From Chthonomonadales bacterium (GTDB lineage: Bacteria; Armatimonadota; Chthonomonadetes; Chthonomonadales; CAJBBX01): a DNA stretch of 64,000 nucleotides. Location of the stretch: the NCBI GenBank assembly GCA_037443035.1, contig JBBIPC010000006.1:519-64518 (forward strand), given 5' to 3'. Below the pieces are notes generated by a model. That model was not told where the DNA came from, ran no database searches, and was given only the letters and a program-made list of their open reading frames with translations. The position numbers and the translations under genes are program-made. Of the stretch, positions 10,336 through 19,142 are shown in pieces (the first letter of the stretch is position 1; every line of letters starts with the position of its first letter).

Positions 10336-11841
10336 TCAGCCTTGATACTCCGGACCTGCGCCGTACTGAGCGACGATCTGGAGGATATCGGCCTTGGCCT
10401 GCTTCGCAAGATCGGGTAGCGAGGCTACCACCTCCCAGCGCGCGAGGCCATCTTCGCTTTGGGATGCTCTCTGGCTTACTTGCAGCCAGATATCTTGCAG
10501 GCGCGTGTCGGCTGTGATCTCGAAGGGTAGGCCGACCCTCAACATCGTTCCTTCGAGATCGCTCCCATCCGGGAGCGTCTGCAATGCGGATGCGCCCTGA
10601 CTCATGAAATGCTCGGTGACCGCCTGAAGCGCCGCCTGCCGGAGAGCATCGTCTGGGAACTTGTGCCCCCACTCCCGCTCCCGGTACGCTTGTGCTTGAA
10701 GCTCGGCCATCGCCCGCAAACGTCCTGACATCTCTCTCTCTGTGCGTGCAGCGAGCAGAGAGAAGTACAGTGTGTTCTCTGTGCAGTAACGCCATCCTTC
10801 CAGTTCGAAGGCTTCGTAGTAGTGGGCCGATTCCTCGACAGTGCCCACGATGTCGGGAGCGGAGTACATGGTGTGCTTAATGTGGGAGTGGCCGCTACGA
10901 ACTAGGCTGACTCCAACGCCTTGACGCGCGATTTCCACGGCCGCCAGAGGGTTGGTCTTCGAATCCACCAGGATCCGTGGCTCGACGGCCCTGCGGTGCC
11001 GAAGGATCCAGGGCAGAACTGCCGCATACACGAAGCTCGCCGCCAGGTACGTACCATCGCCGAGATAGAGGTCCATGCGATCGGCGTCCCCGTCGTAGAA
11101 CATGGCGAGGTCGAATATGCCAGAGCGCAGCCTTTCTAGACCAGCTCGAATCACGTCCGCCTTCACCGGATTGGGATCGCCTAGGCGAAACTGGCCATCG
11201 CAGGCGAAGTGCATGGGCTCCAAGTCCGCCTCTGTAGGGGCGAAACCAAGCATCAACTCGCGACCTCCAGCGCCGTAGAGGTAATCGTGGAGCACAGGCA
11301 TTCCGCGAAGGGCACCAGGTTGCACTTGGGCTTGCTCCAGGCTGAACGCCACGTACCCGGGGATGGGGTCGAATGCGTACGTGCGGCCTCGTACGGCGGC
11401 CCGGTTATGTGCTCCTTCGATGTAGAGTTGGCGTACGCGCGTCAGACCACCGTCGGGACCCAGTCCCTCGGCAATCGGCCGCACCCCCGGCGCCACGATC
11501 TTCCGACCCGTGTCACCGGCTGGGTTATGGGAAGCCCCGAACATGACCGCAGCACAGTCTGGATGGCGCATGGCCGCGTAGTACAGCGGGCAGACGCCCA
11601 CGACGCCCGGGACGATGATGACATCCAAGCCAGCGTCACGGTACGCCTCGACCGCGATGTCCAGCATGCGAGGACCGCTGGCCCGGGCGTCGTGCGCCAT
11701 GACGACCCCCCGCGTCCTGACCACCATGGAGAGGTAGACAGCCTCTGCGCGCGCCAAGCGAAGGGCGAGATCATCGGGCAGGCGCGCTGCCGGTGTGCGA
11801 ATGTCATTCGCCCGGAACATGGAAAGGTTCAAGTCATCCAT
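10336..11841 (-). CDS. phosphoglucomutase/phosphomannomutase family protein
   Basis: 501 aa. Catalytic-serine loop GASHNPAGDTG and Mg loop YDGDADRMD. Confidence 0.8.
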   Translation of the reverse strand: MDDLNLSMFRANDIRTPAARLPDDLALRLARAEAVYLSMVVRTRGVVMAHDARASGPRMLDIAVEAYRDAGLDVIIVPGVVGVCPLYYAAMRHPDCAAVMFGASHNPAGDTGRKIVAPGVRPIAEGLGPDGGLTRVRQLYIEGAHNRAAVRGRTYAFDPIPGYVAFSLEQAQVQPGALRGMPVLHDYLYGAGGRELMLGFAPTEADLEPMHFACDGQFRLGDPNPVKADVIRAGLERLRSGIFDLAMFYDGDADRMDLYLGDGTYLAASFVYAAVLPWILRHRRAVEPRILVDSKTNPLAAVEIARQGVGVSLVRSGHSHIKHTMYSAPDIVGTVEESAHYYEAFELEGWRYCTENTLYFSLLAARTEREMSGRLRAMAELQAQAYREREWGHKFPDDALRQAALQAVTEHFMSQGASALQTLPDGSDLEGTMLRVGLPFEITADTRLQDIWLQVSQRASQSEDGLARWEVVASLPDLAKQAKADILQIVAQYGAGPEYQG

Positions 11842-11902
11842 GGTGTACTGATCCTCGAGATAGAAGCGAAAGAGAGGCTGCCTTGTGACGGAGAGGTTAA
11901 GG

Positions 11903-12745
11903 TCAAGCCGAGGCTCCCGTATAGCTTCGTAGTCCTACGCGCCAGAACACCGCAGCGCCGATGAACAGGATAGAGGCCACCGCCATGGCAAGGAGCACAT
12001 GAGGCAACGTCAGACGCCCCGCAAGCGCTCTTGCAGGTACGGTGACGATGAATGCAACCGGTATGACGTACGTCAGGGCACCCCGCAGCCAGCGCGGGTA
12101 GATCTCCACGGGATATCGGCCTGCCTCGAACGCCTGCCAGATGATCTGCTCGATGTTGTCCACCCGCACGAACCAGAAAGTGAGTGTCACCAGGAACAGC
12201 CAGAACGAGTAGACGATCGCCAGCCCCGATGCGAGGGTGGCAGCGAACACTACGGCATCAGCTATGCCTGTGCGGACTCCCAAGCGAGTGACGCTGTACA
12301 CCGATAGACCCGCACCAACGAGGACGTTGGCAGCACGCCAGATGTTGATCGTCCGCAGCGAGGCCATGAACTGCGCGTTCACGGGCTTCAGCAGCACGAA
12401 GTCGAGCGTGCCCTCGCGAACATGGGAGGCTATCTGACGCATGTTGGGGCCGATGAATGTCTCGATGAGTCCATCCATGAGATAGTAGACGGAGAGCAAT
12501 ACCATGGCCTGGGCAAGAGTCCAGCCTTTCAGGTTGTTCGTGTAGGTGAAGACGATGGCGAGGGAGCCGACGGTGATAAGCAGTCCAAGGAGACTCGCAA
12601 CGACCCTGGCTAGGAAGTCCACGCGGTACTCCATCTCTGCCTGTATGCTCGTGCGATAGAACACCAGCAAGGTCCGCAGATACCGGAGCAAGAGGGGAGG
12701 AGCCAGCGCCGGATCCATCCCTTGGTAATCGGCACGTCTGCTCAT
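11903..12745 (-). CDS. ABC-2 type transporter permease (second permease)
   Basis: Lies within ORF 11903-13123. The likely start MSRRADYQG (ATG at 12745) overlaps the upstream stop as ATGA. Multi-TM protein. Confidence 0.75.
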   Translation of the reverse strand: MSRRADYQGMDPALAPPLLLRYLRTLLVFYRTSIQAEMEYRVDFLARVVASLLGLLITVGSLAIVFTYTNNLKGWTLAQAMVLLSVYYLMDGLIETFIGPNMRQIASHVREGTLDFVLLKPVNAQFMASLRTINIWRAANVLVGAGLSVYSVTRLGVRTGIADAVVFAATLASGLAIVYSFWLFLVTLTFWFVRVDNIEQIIWQAFEAGRYPVEIYPRWLRGALTYVIPVAFIVTVPARALAGRLTLPHVLLAMAVASILFIGAAVFWRVGLRSYTGASA

Positions 12746-13557
12746 GCGCCCACCGCCGAGTACTGCTTCACGCCGGCCGTCCATAGCGTCCGGAACACCG
12801 TCAGGCCGACGATGAACCACACCAACTGGACCACCATACCAGCGGCGGCGGCAGGCGGCGGCACCCTGCCCAGTGCTACCTCGACAGGGAAGGCACCCAT
12901 GCCGTAGAAGGGAGTGTAGTTGGCGATCCCGGAGATCCAGGCGGGCATGAGTGCCATGGGTGCAATGCGGCCCGAAAGAAACGAGTCGAGCACGAAATAG
13001 AACTGGTGGATGGCATCTACACGCGTCGTCCAGAATGCGATCACTGCGAGACAGTACTGCCAGATGTAGCTCGTGAGGGCTGCCAGGATAAGAGCGGGCA
13101 CTGAGATGAGCATGTTGGACCACGACGATGCGATACTAGGGCGGAGCAGCACGAACAGTAGAACCCAGGCTGGAAGGAGGAGCACGCTCGTCAGAGCTTT
13201 GAACCCCATGTTGAAGCTGGCGTCCGCATGTATGGGATGGAGAGGTCGGAGGAGCTGGGGCGATAGGCTACCCGTGCGAACCCGGTAGGCGAACTCGAAG
13301 GCGTCCCATGACATGGTCAAGTGACTGAAAACCATGTACACGAGGAAATAGGCGGCGAAGTCCGATCCACTATAAGACTGACCACCGTTGGCGATGGCGC
13401 CATTTCTCGATTGGCTGGCTGCCGTCCAGACCGCCAGGCTGATCAGCGGGCCGACGAAACCCCACACGGCCCATATCAGGGTCGAGAAACGATACTGCAT
13501 GAGCAGCGCCCACGCTACGCGGAGATTCACGCGATAGACGTGCAGCCAGTAGCGCAT
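12742..13557 (-). CDS. ABC-2 type transporter permease (first permease)
   Basis: 271 aa, multi-TM. Starts 2 nt after the stop of the ATPase gene. Confidence 0.75.
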   Translation of the reverse strand: MRYWLHVYRVNLRVAWALLMQYRFSTLIWAVWGFVGPLISLAVWTAASQSRNGAIANGGQSYSGSDFAAYFLVYMVFSHLTMSWDAFEFAYRVRTGSLSPQLLRPLHPIHADASFNMGFKALTSVLLLPAWVLLFVLLRPSIASSWSNMLISVPALILAALTSYIWQYCLAVIAFWTTRVDAIHQFYFVLDSFLSGRIAPMALMPAWISGIANYTPFYGMGAFPVEVALGRVPPPAAAAGMVVQLVWFIVGLTVFRTLWTAGVKQYSAVGA

Positions 13558-13559
13558 TC

Positions 13560-14570
13560 CTATCCAACCAGCACCTTAGGCTCGGCGCTTGCGTCACTTG
13601 CGAACACTAGATCTATTACCTCTTCGATGGGCGGATCCTCCACCGTCAAGTCGAGAACCGGCTGCTCCGCCAGCAATCGACCGACGATGTCTGGCGCCTG
13701 GCTGCGGGGTACCCGCAGCGTGATCTTCTGGTCGTCTCGCTCCGTTACCTCGCCGTAGGCGTCCAGTTCGGCATGAAGAGCCTCAGGATCCAGGTCCAGG
13801 CGAATGAGCTTGAAGGGTAACACGCGCTCAGCAAGGCGTGGGAGGTCGCCATCGTAAAGGAGCCTACCGTGATGAATGACGATAACTCGCCTGCAGAGAG
13901 CAGTCACATCGGCCATGTAGTGGCTTGTGAGGAGGACGGTGGCGCCGGTCAGCCGGTTGTAGTCAGCCACGAAGCGACGGATGCGTCCCTGCATCGTCAC
14001 ATCCACGCCCAATGTTGGCTCGTCGAGGAAGAGCACGCGCGGACGGTGGAGAAGGGCGGCAGCCAGCTCGCACTTCATTCTCTCGCCTAGGGAGAGGTTC
14101 CTAATGGGCTTGCTGAGTAGCTCTCCAAGATCCAGCAATTGCACCAGTTCATCCAGCGTGGCACGGAACCGGGCCTCGGGTATCTGGTAGATCACCTGAT
14201 TGACCAAGAACGAGTCCATGGCCGGGATATCCCAGTGCAGCTGGCTTCGATTACCCATGACGAGGCTGATCTGTCTGAGGAACTCATGCTGGCGACGCCA
14301 TGGAGTGTAACCGAGAACCGTCGCGGTACCGGACGTGGGATTCAGCAGACCTGACAGCATCTTCAGCGTCGTGGTCTTTCCGGCACCATTGGGGCCCAAG
14401 AAGCCTACGACCTCGCCCTGGTGGACATCGAAGGAGACACCGCGGACGGCATGGACCTCCTTGTACTTACGGCGCACGAGGCTGACAAGGGAGTTCTTGA
14501 AGCCTGCAGGACGCTCATGTACGCGGTAGGTCTTTGCAAGGTCTTGCAGGTGAACGATTGGCTCGCTCAT
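13560..14570 (-). CDS. ABC transporter ATP-binding protein
   Basis: Walker A GPNGAGKTT, signature LSLGERMK, Walker B VLFLDEPT. Confidence 0.9.
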   Translation of the reverse strand: MSEPIVHLQDLAKTYRVHERPAGFKNSLVSLVRRKYKEVHAVRGVSFDVHQGEVVGFLGPNGAGKTTTLKMLSGLLNPTSGTATVLGYTPWRRQHEFLRQISLVMGNRSQLHWDIPAMDSFLVNQVIYQIPEARFRATLDELVQLLDLGELLSKPIRNLSLGERMKCELAAALLHRPRVLFLDEPTLGVDVTMQGRIRRFVADYNRLTGATVLLTSHYMADVTALCRRVIVIHHGRLLYDGDLPRLAERVLPFKLIRLDLDPEALHAELDAYGEVTERDDQKITLRVPRSQAPDIVGRLLAEQPVLDLTVEDPPIEEVIDLVFASDASAEPKVLVG

Positions 14571-15568
14571 CTGACTATCACCGGCTGACTCCGGGAATCG
14601 CGGTGGAGGGGGCGCGGCTGCCGGCCAACGATCCGTAGCGGCACCAGCTTCACCGATACGGACCCATCGGCACGCAGAGTTGCCACGGCCATGGCACTCC
14701 AGGGACCGTCGGGACGGCGCAGAACGGCCGGGGATGGGCTGAAGACGAAGTTGCCCAGGCTATAGCAAATGGGCTTCCCCCTGTAGATCTCTACGGGCTG
14801 GACGACATGCGGATGATGACCGACGACAAGATCGGCGCCGGCATCCACTGCTGCGTGGGCGATCTCACGCTGACGGGCGGATGGCCTGGGTGCCATCTCC
14901 ACACCGGCATGGAGGGACACGACTAGCACGTCCACCCGCTTCTGGGCCGCAGAGACTTCCCGGCGCACCTGCGCTGGATAGCCCATGGCGACCGACGGCT
15001 CAGAGCTGCTCACCGGCAGCAGCGGCGGAAACATCCCTAGGTAGGCGAGAAAGCCCACTTTCAGACCGCGGCGTTCCAGGACGCGCAAGGCATGGGCATC
15101 TACAAGGTCCAGCCCGCCGCCGATGGGCTGAACGCCTGCCTCGCGAAGGCAGTTCACCGTATCGCGCAGAGCCGTCCGGCCGTAGTCCATCGAGTGGTTA
15201 TTCGCCAGCGACACGACGTCGAACCCAGCCTCGGCTAGCCGTTTGGCCCACCACGGCGATCCGCGAAAGTTGTACTTCTTCGGAACTCGTCGCCCGCGTG
15301 TGGAAAGTGCGCACTCGAGGTTTCCGAATGCTATGTCGGCGCTGCGGAGCGTCTGGCGCATAGCAGTGAAGGGGTAGGTCCGCGGAGAGCGGCCGGCTGC
15401 GCGTTCGACGCCGCCTGCCAAGCAGATGTCACCCACGGCCAGTAGGGTTACTGTCGTCCTGTGGCCGGCGCCGTCCTGAGCACGCGCAGGAACGACGCTG
15501 CCGAAAACGGCATACACTGCCGCGCACATGAGTCTCATGATCAGCAGTACCCGAGAGCGGACAGGCAT
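14567..15568 (-). CDS. CapA family (PGA_cap) metallophosphatase-like protein, secreted
   Basis: Lies within ORF 14567-15811. Start taken at MPVRSRVLLIMRLMCAAVYAVFG (signal-like). Motifs FGNLECALS and SLANNHSMDYG. The stop overlaps the ATPase start as ATGA. Confidence 0.8.
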   Translation of the reverse strand: MPVRSRVLLIMRLMCAAVYAVFGSVVPARAQDGAGHRTTVTLLAVGDICLAGGVERAAGRSPRTYPFTAMRQTLRSADIAFGNLECALSTRGRRVPKKYNFRGSPWWAKRLAEAGFDVVSLANNHSMDYGRTALRDTVNCLREAGVQPIGGGLDLVDAHALRVLERRGLKVGFLAYLGMFPPLLPVSSSEPSVAMGYPAQVRREVSAAQKRVDVLVVSLHAGVEMAPRPSARQREIAHAAVDAGADLVVGHHPHVVQPVEIYRGKPICYSLGNFVFSPSPAVLRRPDGPWSAMAVATLRADGSVSVKLVPLRIVGRQPRPLHRDSRSQPVIVR

Positions 15569-15572
15569 CCCG

Positions 15573-16115
15573 TCAGCGCTTGCTCGTCGGCGCCTTCTCG
15601 CCGGATGGCGGTCCCGCACTACCTGGAGACGCTGTATCGGTCGGCATACTCGTTGTTGTGCCGAGTTGGCCAGCCTTCGTAAGATAGTAACGGATCGTCG
15701 GTGTGGGAGCGTGCGGCACAGGGTACCGGACTTCGTAGACGAGCATGACGAAGTCTGCGGGTGCATTTGCGGGCGGCTTATGGTACTCGAACGCGAGGGT
15801 CGTCGGGTCATCGGAGGGTCTGAGCTTCTCTAGAGCGACATACGTCGGCGCGAGGTCCGTCAGCTTCTCGGGATAATCTCCGTGATCCTGCACATACTTG
15901 CCGATGGCTTTGCCCACCTGTTGCATGCGCACGACAGCCTGGCTTGCTTCTCGCGTGGTGCGGAGCATCCTGCGCATCTCCGGGCGATTGAGGACGATGA
16001 CCACGCCGATGGCGGCAAGTATGACTAGAATGCAACCGCATCCCGCGCATGCAATGCCACCCCATTTCCAGCATGCCCCACCGGAGCGAGGCGGCTGGTC
16101 GTAAGCGGCGCTCAT
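15573..16115 (-). CDS. hypothetical single-pass membrane protein
   Basis: Start MSAAYDQ (ATG at 16115) overlaps the M42 stop as ATGA. TM segment GIACAGCGCILVILAAIGVVIVL. No family recognised. Confidence 0.55.
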   Translation of the reverse strand: MSAAYDQPPRSGGACWKWGGIACAGCGCILVILAAIGVVIVLNRPEMRRMLRTTREASQAVVRMQQVGKAIGKYVQDHGDYPEKLTDLAPTYVALEKLRPSDDPTTLAFEYHKPPANAPADFVMLVYEVRYPVPHAPTPTIRYYLTKAGQLGTTTSMPTDTASPGSAGPPSGEKAPTSKR

Positions 16116-17173
16116 CGCGGTATCCAATCCTCCTCAGCCGTGACGCTTTCGCAGAATGCAGCCAGGATCGCCGCAGCGGCCTCGATGTCCTTCAAGCTGA
16201 TGACCTCGTTCGGCGTGTGCATGTAACGCAGTGGCACTGACACAACGCCGGCAGCAACGCCGGCACGCGAGATCTGGAGAGCATCCGCGTCGGTGCCCGT
16301 CCCACCTGGCACTGCCTCGACAACATAGGGGATCTCCTGCCTGCGCGCGGCTTCGGTCAGTAGCTCATAGACCCTGGGGTTGATATGGGCACCGCGTGCG
16401 ATCATGGGACCACCCCCCAGCTTGACATCGCCGCCTGTTCGCTTATCAGCGCCTGGGTAATCGGTACTATGGCCAACATCCACCGCGATGCCTACATCCG
16501 GGTTCACGCCGAAGGCTCCCGTGATAGCTCCTCGGATGCCGATCTCCTCCTGGACGGTGGCAACAGCGCACACAGAGGCTGGGAACTCCTTCCCCTGGAG
16601 GAGCCGCAGCACCTCGGCGACGATGAAGGCTCCCATCTTGTCGTCGAAGGATCTGGCCACACAGATGTCTTCGCCAAGCTGGCGGAAGGTCGCATCGTAG
16701 GTCACGCAGTCCCCGATGGAGACCTTCTTGGCCGCCTCTTCTTTGGAGCACGCACCAATATCGATCCACATGTCCTTCAGCTTAGGGGCCTTGTCGCGTT
16801 CCTCAGGTTCCAGCAGATGCACGGCCTTGCGGCCAAGTACGCCCGGTACCGGACCGGATGCGGTATGTACGATGACACGCTGGCCCGTTGCGACAATGGC
16901 ATCGTGGCCGCCGATGGCGCCGAAGTACAGCATCCCCTCGTCGCTGATATGGCGTATCTGGAATCCGATCTCGTCAGCATGCCCTGCGAGCATGATCCTG
17001 GGCCGCCCTAAGGGGTTGCGTACAGCGATCACATTACCGAGCACGTCGGTGCGAACGTCGTCGGCGAAACCCTGTACGTATGCCCGGAAAAGGGATTGGA
17101 CCGGCTGTTCGTATCCTGATGGACCGGGGGTATTCACGAGATTCTCGAGAAACTGAATCGACTCAGGCCGCAT
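16112..17173 (-). CDS. M42 family glutamyl aminopeptidase / FrvX-like peptidase
   Basis: 353 aa. N-terminus FLENLVNTPGPSGYEQPV and overall M42 layout. Confidence 0.85.
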   Translation of the reverse strand: MRPESIQFLENLVNTPGPSGYEQPVQSLFRAYVQGFADDVRTDVLGNVIAVRNPLGRPRIMLAGHADEIGFQIRHISDEGMLYFGAIGGHDAIVATGQRVIVHTASGPVPGVLGRKAVHLLEPEERDKAPKLKDMWIDIGACSKEEAAKKVSIGDCVTYDATFRQLGEDICVARSFDDKMGAFIVAEVLRLLQGKEFPASVCAVATVQEEIGIRGAITGAFGVNPDVGIAVDVGHSTDYPGADKRTGGDVKLGGGPMIARGAHINPRVYELLTEAARRQEIPYVVEAVPGGTGTDADALQISRAGVAAGVVSVPLRYMHTPNEVISLKDIEAAAAILAAFCESVTAEEDWIPR

Positions 17174-17243
17174 AGCACACCTTCCTCTCTGTCCGACCGC
17201 TCCTGGAGTTCTCCAAAGTGAGACGCAGAATCATACCCACAGT

Positions 17244-18596
17244 TCAGAGCAGGCGCATCACGGCATCAGCGAGCCTTGCGGAGTCGTGACGTACCACGTC
17301 CGTGCCGCTGATGAAGTTGCCCCTGTGGGGACGACAGCCCAGTCGGCGTATCTGGTCTACGTCCGCATGAACCATTTCGGCGCCGCTCTGCCTGTATTTC
17401 TCGAGCAGCTCGACTGGCGGAACAGCGGTGTTGACGATGACATGGTCCACGATGGGACGTGGCAAGTGCGCCGAGAGGGCGCGAACGTGGTCGGACGCCG
17501 TGAATCCGTCCGTCTCACCGGGTTGGGTCATCACGTTGCAAACGTAGATCTTCACTGCCCTGGTACGATACAGGGCCTCAGGAATGCCCCGGACCAGAAG
17601 ATTGGGAACGACGCTCGTGAAGACACTACCAGGCCCGATGACTATGGCGTCGGCTGCCTCGATAGCTTCGATGACCTCTGCGGGTGCTTCGACGTCGCTA
17701 GGATCGAGGAAAATGCGCTTGATCGCCAAGCGAGAATGGGCGATATTGGTCTCGCCTGTCAGAATAGAGCCGTCCTCCATCTCCGCTTGCAGGGACACCC
17801 GGCTCAGGGTAGCTGGCCACACTTCACCGCGGATGTTCAGTACCTTGCTCGCTTGGCGGACGGCTTGCTGAAAATCACCTTCGCTGATTTCGGTGAGCGC
17901 GGCGATGAGCAGGTTTCCCACTGCATGATCGCGCAGACCGTCGCCCGGCGCACAGCCACGGAACCGGTGCTGCAGCAGTTGGGTCATGATGCCTTCCTCG
18001 TCAGCAAGTGCCACGAGGCAGTTGCGAATATCGCCAGGTGGCGGCATGTTCAGTTGACGCACGAGCCGACCGGAGGATCCGCCGTCATCCGTGACAGTGA
18101 CAACAGCAACGATATTGCTAGTGTGGCTCTTGAGACCTCGCAGCATGGTCGAGAGACCTGTGCCGCCGCCGATTGCTACAATGCGAGGCCCCTGGGATAG
18201 CTGACGGGTGCGCAACACTCGGCCCATCCAGGCACCGACCGCTTGCCCCGCGGAACGAAATGCGACCTCGTTACCTGGACCTGATCGGGATGCCGGTGTC
18301 AGGGCTATCGCCTCGAGTAGTCGCCAGAGCGTGTACAACGTGAAAACCCCACCGGCAAGGGCAAGCACCGTGCCGATGGGATGCGTCCACACGCCTCCCT
18401 CGGCCAGAAGAGGCAGTCTCGCTGACGCGATACGGATGAGCTTTGCCGGCCATGCCAGGAGGTCCAGTGGCTCCCCCTGACGCGTCAGAGCGAGTCCCAT
18501 GCCCGTCAGCAGCAGGCCAACGGCCATGAGCACGAGCCATCGCTTTACGCCGACTCCGGGCGCCAAGAGGCGCAGAGCTGCGCGAATCGCTCTCAT
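17244..18596 (-). CDS. YvcK/CofD-like (UPF0052) protein with N-terminal membrane extension
   Basis: 450 aa. Conserved core begins at IVAIGGGTGLSTMLRGLK. About 130 preceding residues contain hydrophobic helices. Confidence 0.85.
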   Translation of the reverse strand: MRAIRAALRLLAPGVGVKRWLVLMAVGLLLTGMGLALTRQGEPLDLLAWPAKLIRIASARLPLLAEGGVWTHPIGTVLALAGGVFTLYTLWRLLEAIALTPASRSGPGNEVAFRSAGQAVGAWMGRVLRTRQLSQGPRIVAIGGGTGLSTMLRGLKSHTSNIVAVVTVTDDGGSSGRLVRQLNMPPPGDIRNCLVALADEEGIMTQLLQHRFRGCAPGDGLRDHAVGNLLIAALTEISEGDFQQAVRQASKVLNIRGEVWPATLSRVSLQAEMEDGSILTGETNIAHSRLAIKRIFLDPSDVEAPAEVIEAIEAADAIVIGPGSVFTSVVPNLLVRGIPEALYRTRAVKIYVCNVMTQPGETDGFTASDHVRALSAHLPRPIVDHVIVNTAVPPVELLEKYRQSGAEMVHADVDQIRRLGCRPHRGNFISGTDVVRHDSARLADAVMRLL

Positions 18597-18629
18597 TGGA
18601 GGCGGAACCCTGGTCCGCTAGGATGCATT

Positions 18630-18980
18630 CTAGTGCTTCTTCTCGATGAGCACCATGCTCAGCAACCCTGAGACAAGGCCTAACAGGAGTGAACCAAGCA
18701 CGGCGCCCATGGCACCGGTCACACGAAAGCCGGGCACTACCTGGCCGACAAGATAGAACAGCAGGAAACTCAAGACATACCCGAACAGCCCGAATGTCAT
18801 GCAGTTCAGAGGCATGGTCAGAAACCCAAGAATCGGTCGGACCAGGCTGTTCACCAGCCCGATGGCGACGGTAGCTATCAGCAAGGCACCGATGGAGTCA
18901 TACGTGACGCCGATATTCAGGTGGGCGACGATCGCGAGTGCCAACGCGTTGACTGCCCAGCGCATGAGCCACGAACGCAT
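18630..18980 (-). CDS. small 4-TM membrane protein (DUF360 / holin superfamily IV-like)
   Basis: 116 aa, almost entirely hydrophobic. N-terminus WAVNALALAIVAHL is typical of this family. Confidence 0.65.
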   Translation of the reverse strand: MRSWLMRWAVNALALAIVAHLNIGVTYDSIGALLIATVAIGLVNSLVRPILGFLTMPLNCMTFGLFGYVLSFLLFYLVGQVVPGFRVTGAMGAVLGSLLLGLVSGLLSMVLIEKKH

Positions 18981-19142
18981 GCAATGCTCCTTCGTAAGAC
19001 ACTAGATAGTTGACACTGTAGCACAGAGAGCTTGCAGCTGCCATCGCCAGGCGCTCGACTGCGTTGTGCTATACTGCGCCCGGTCCGTCCCTGGCACCTG
19101 TGCACGGGGGCGGCTCATCTTCCAGCGACAAGGTCACCCACT

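Noticed and set aside
17286-18200. 304-aa plus-strand ORF
   Set aside because: It is antisense to the well-supported YvcK-family gene, with no RBS and no recognisable domain.
19011-19016. TTGACA hexamer as a -35 box in the holin-like/glgA intergenic region
   Set aside because: No acceptable -10 lies 16-19 nt downstream (TGCAGC only). The extended -10 at 19068-19076 is the better glgA promoter candidate.
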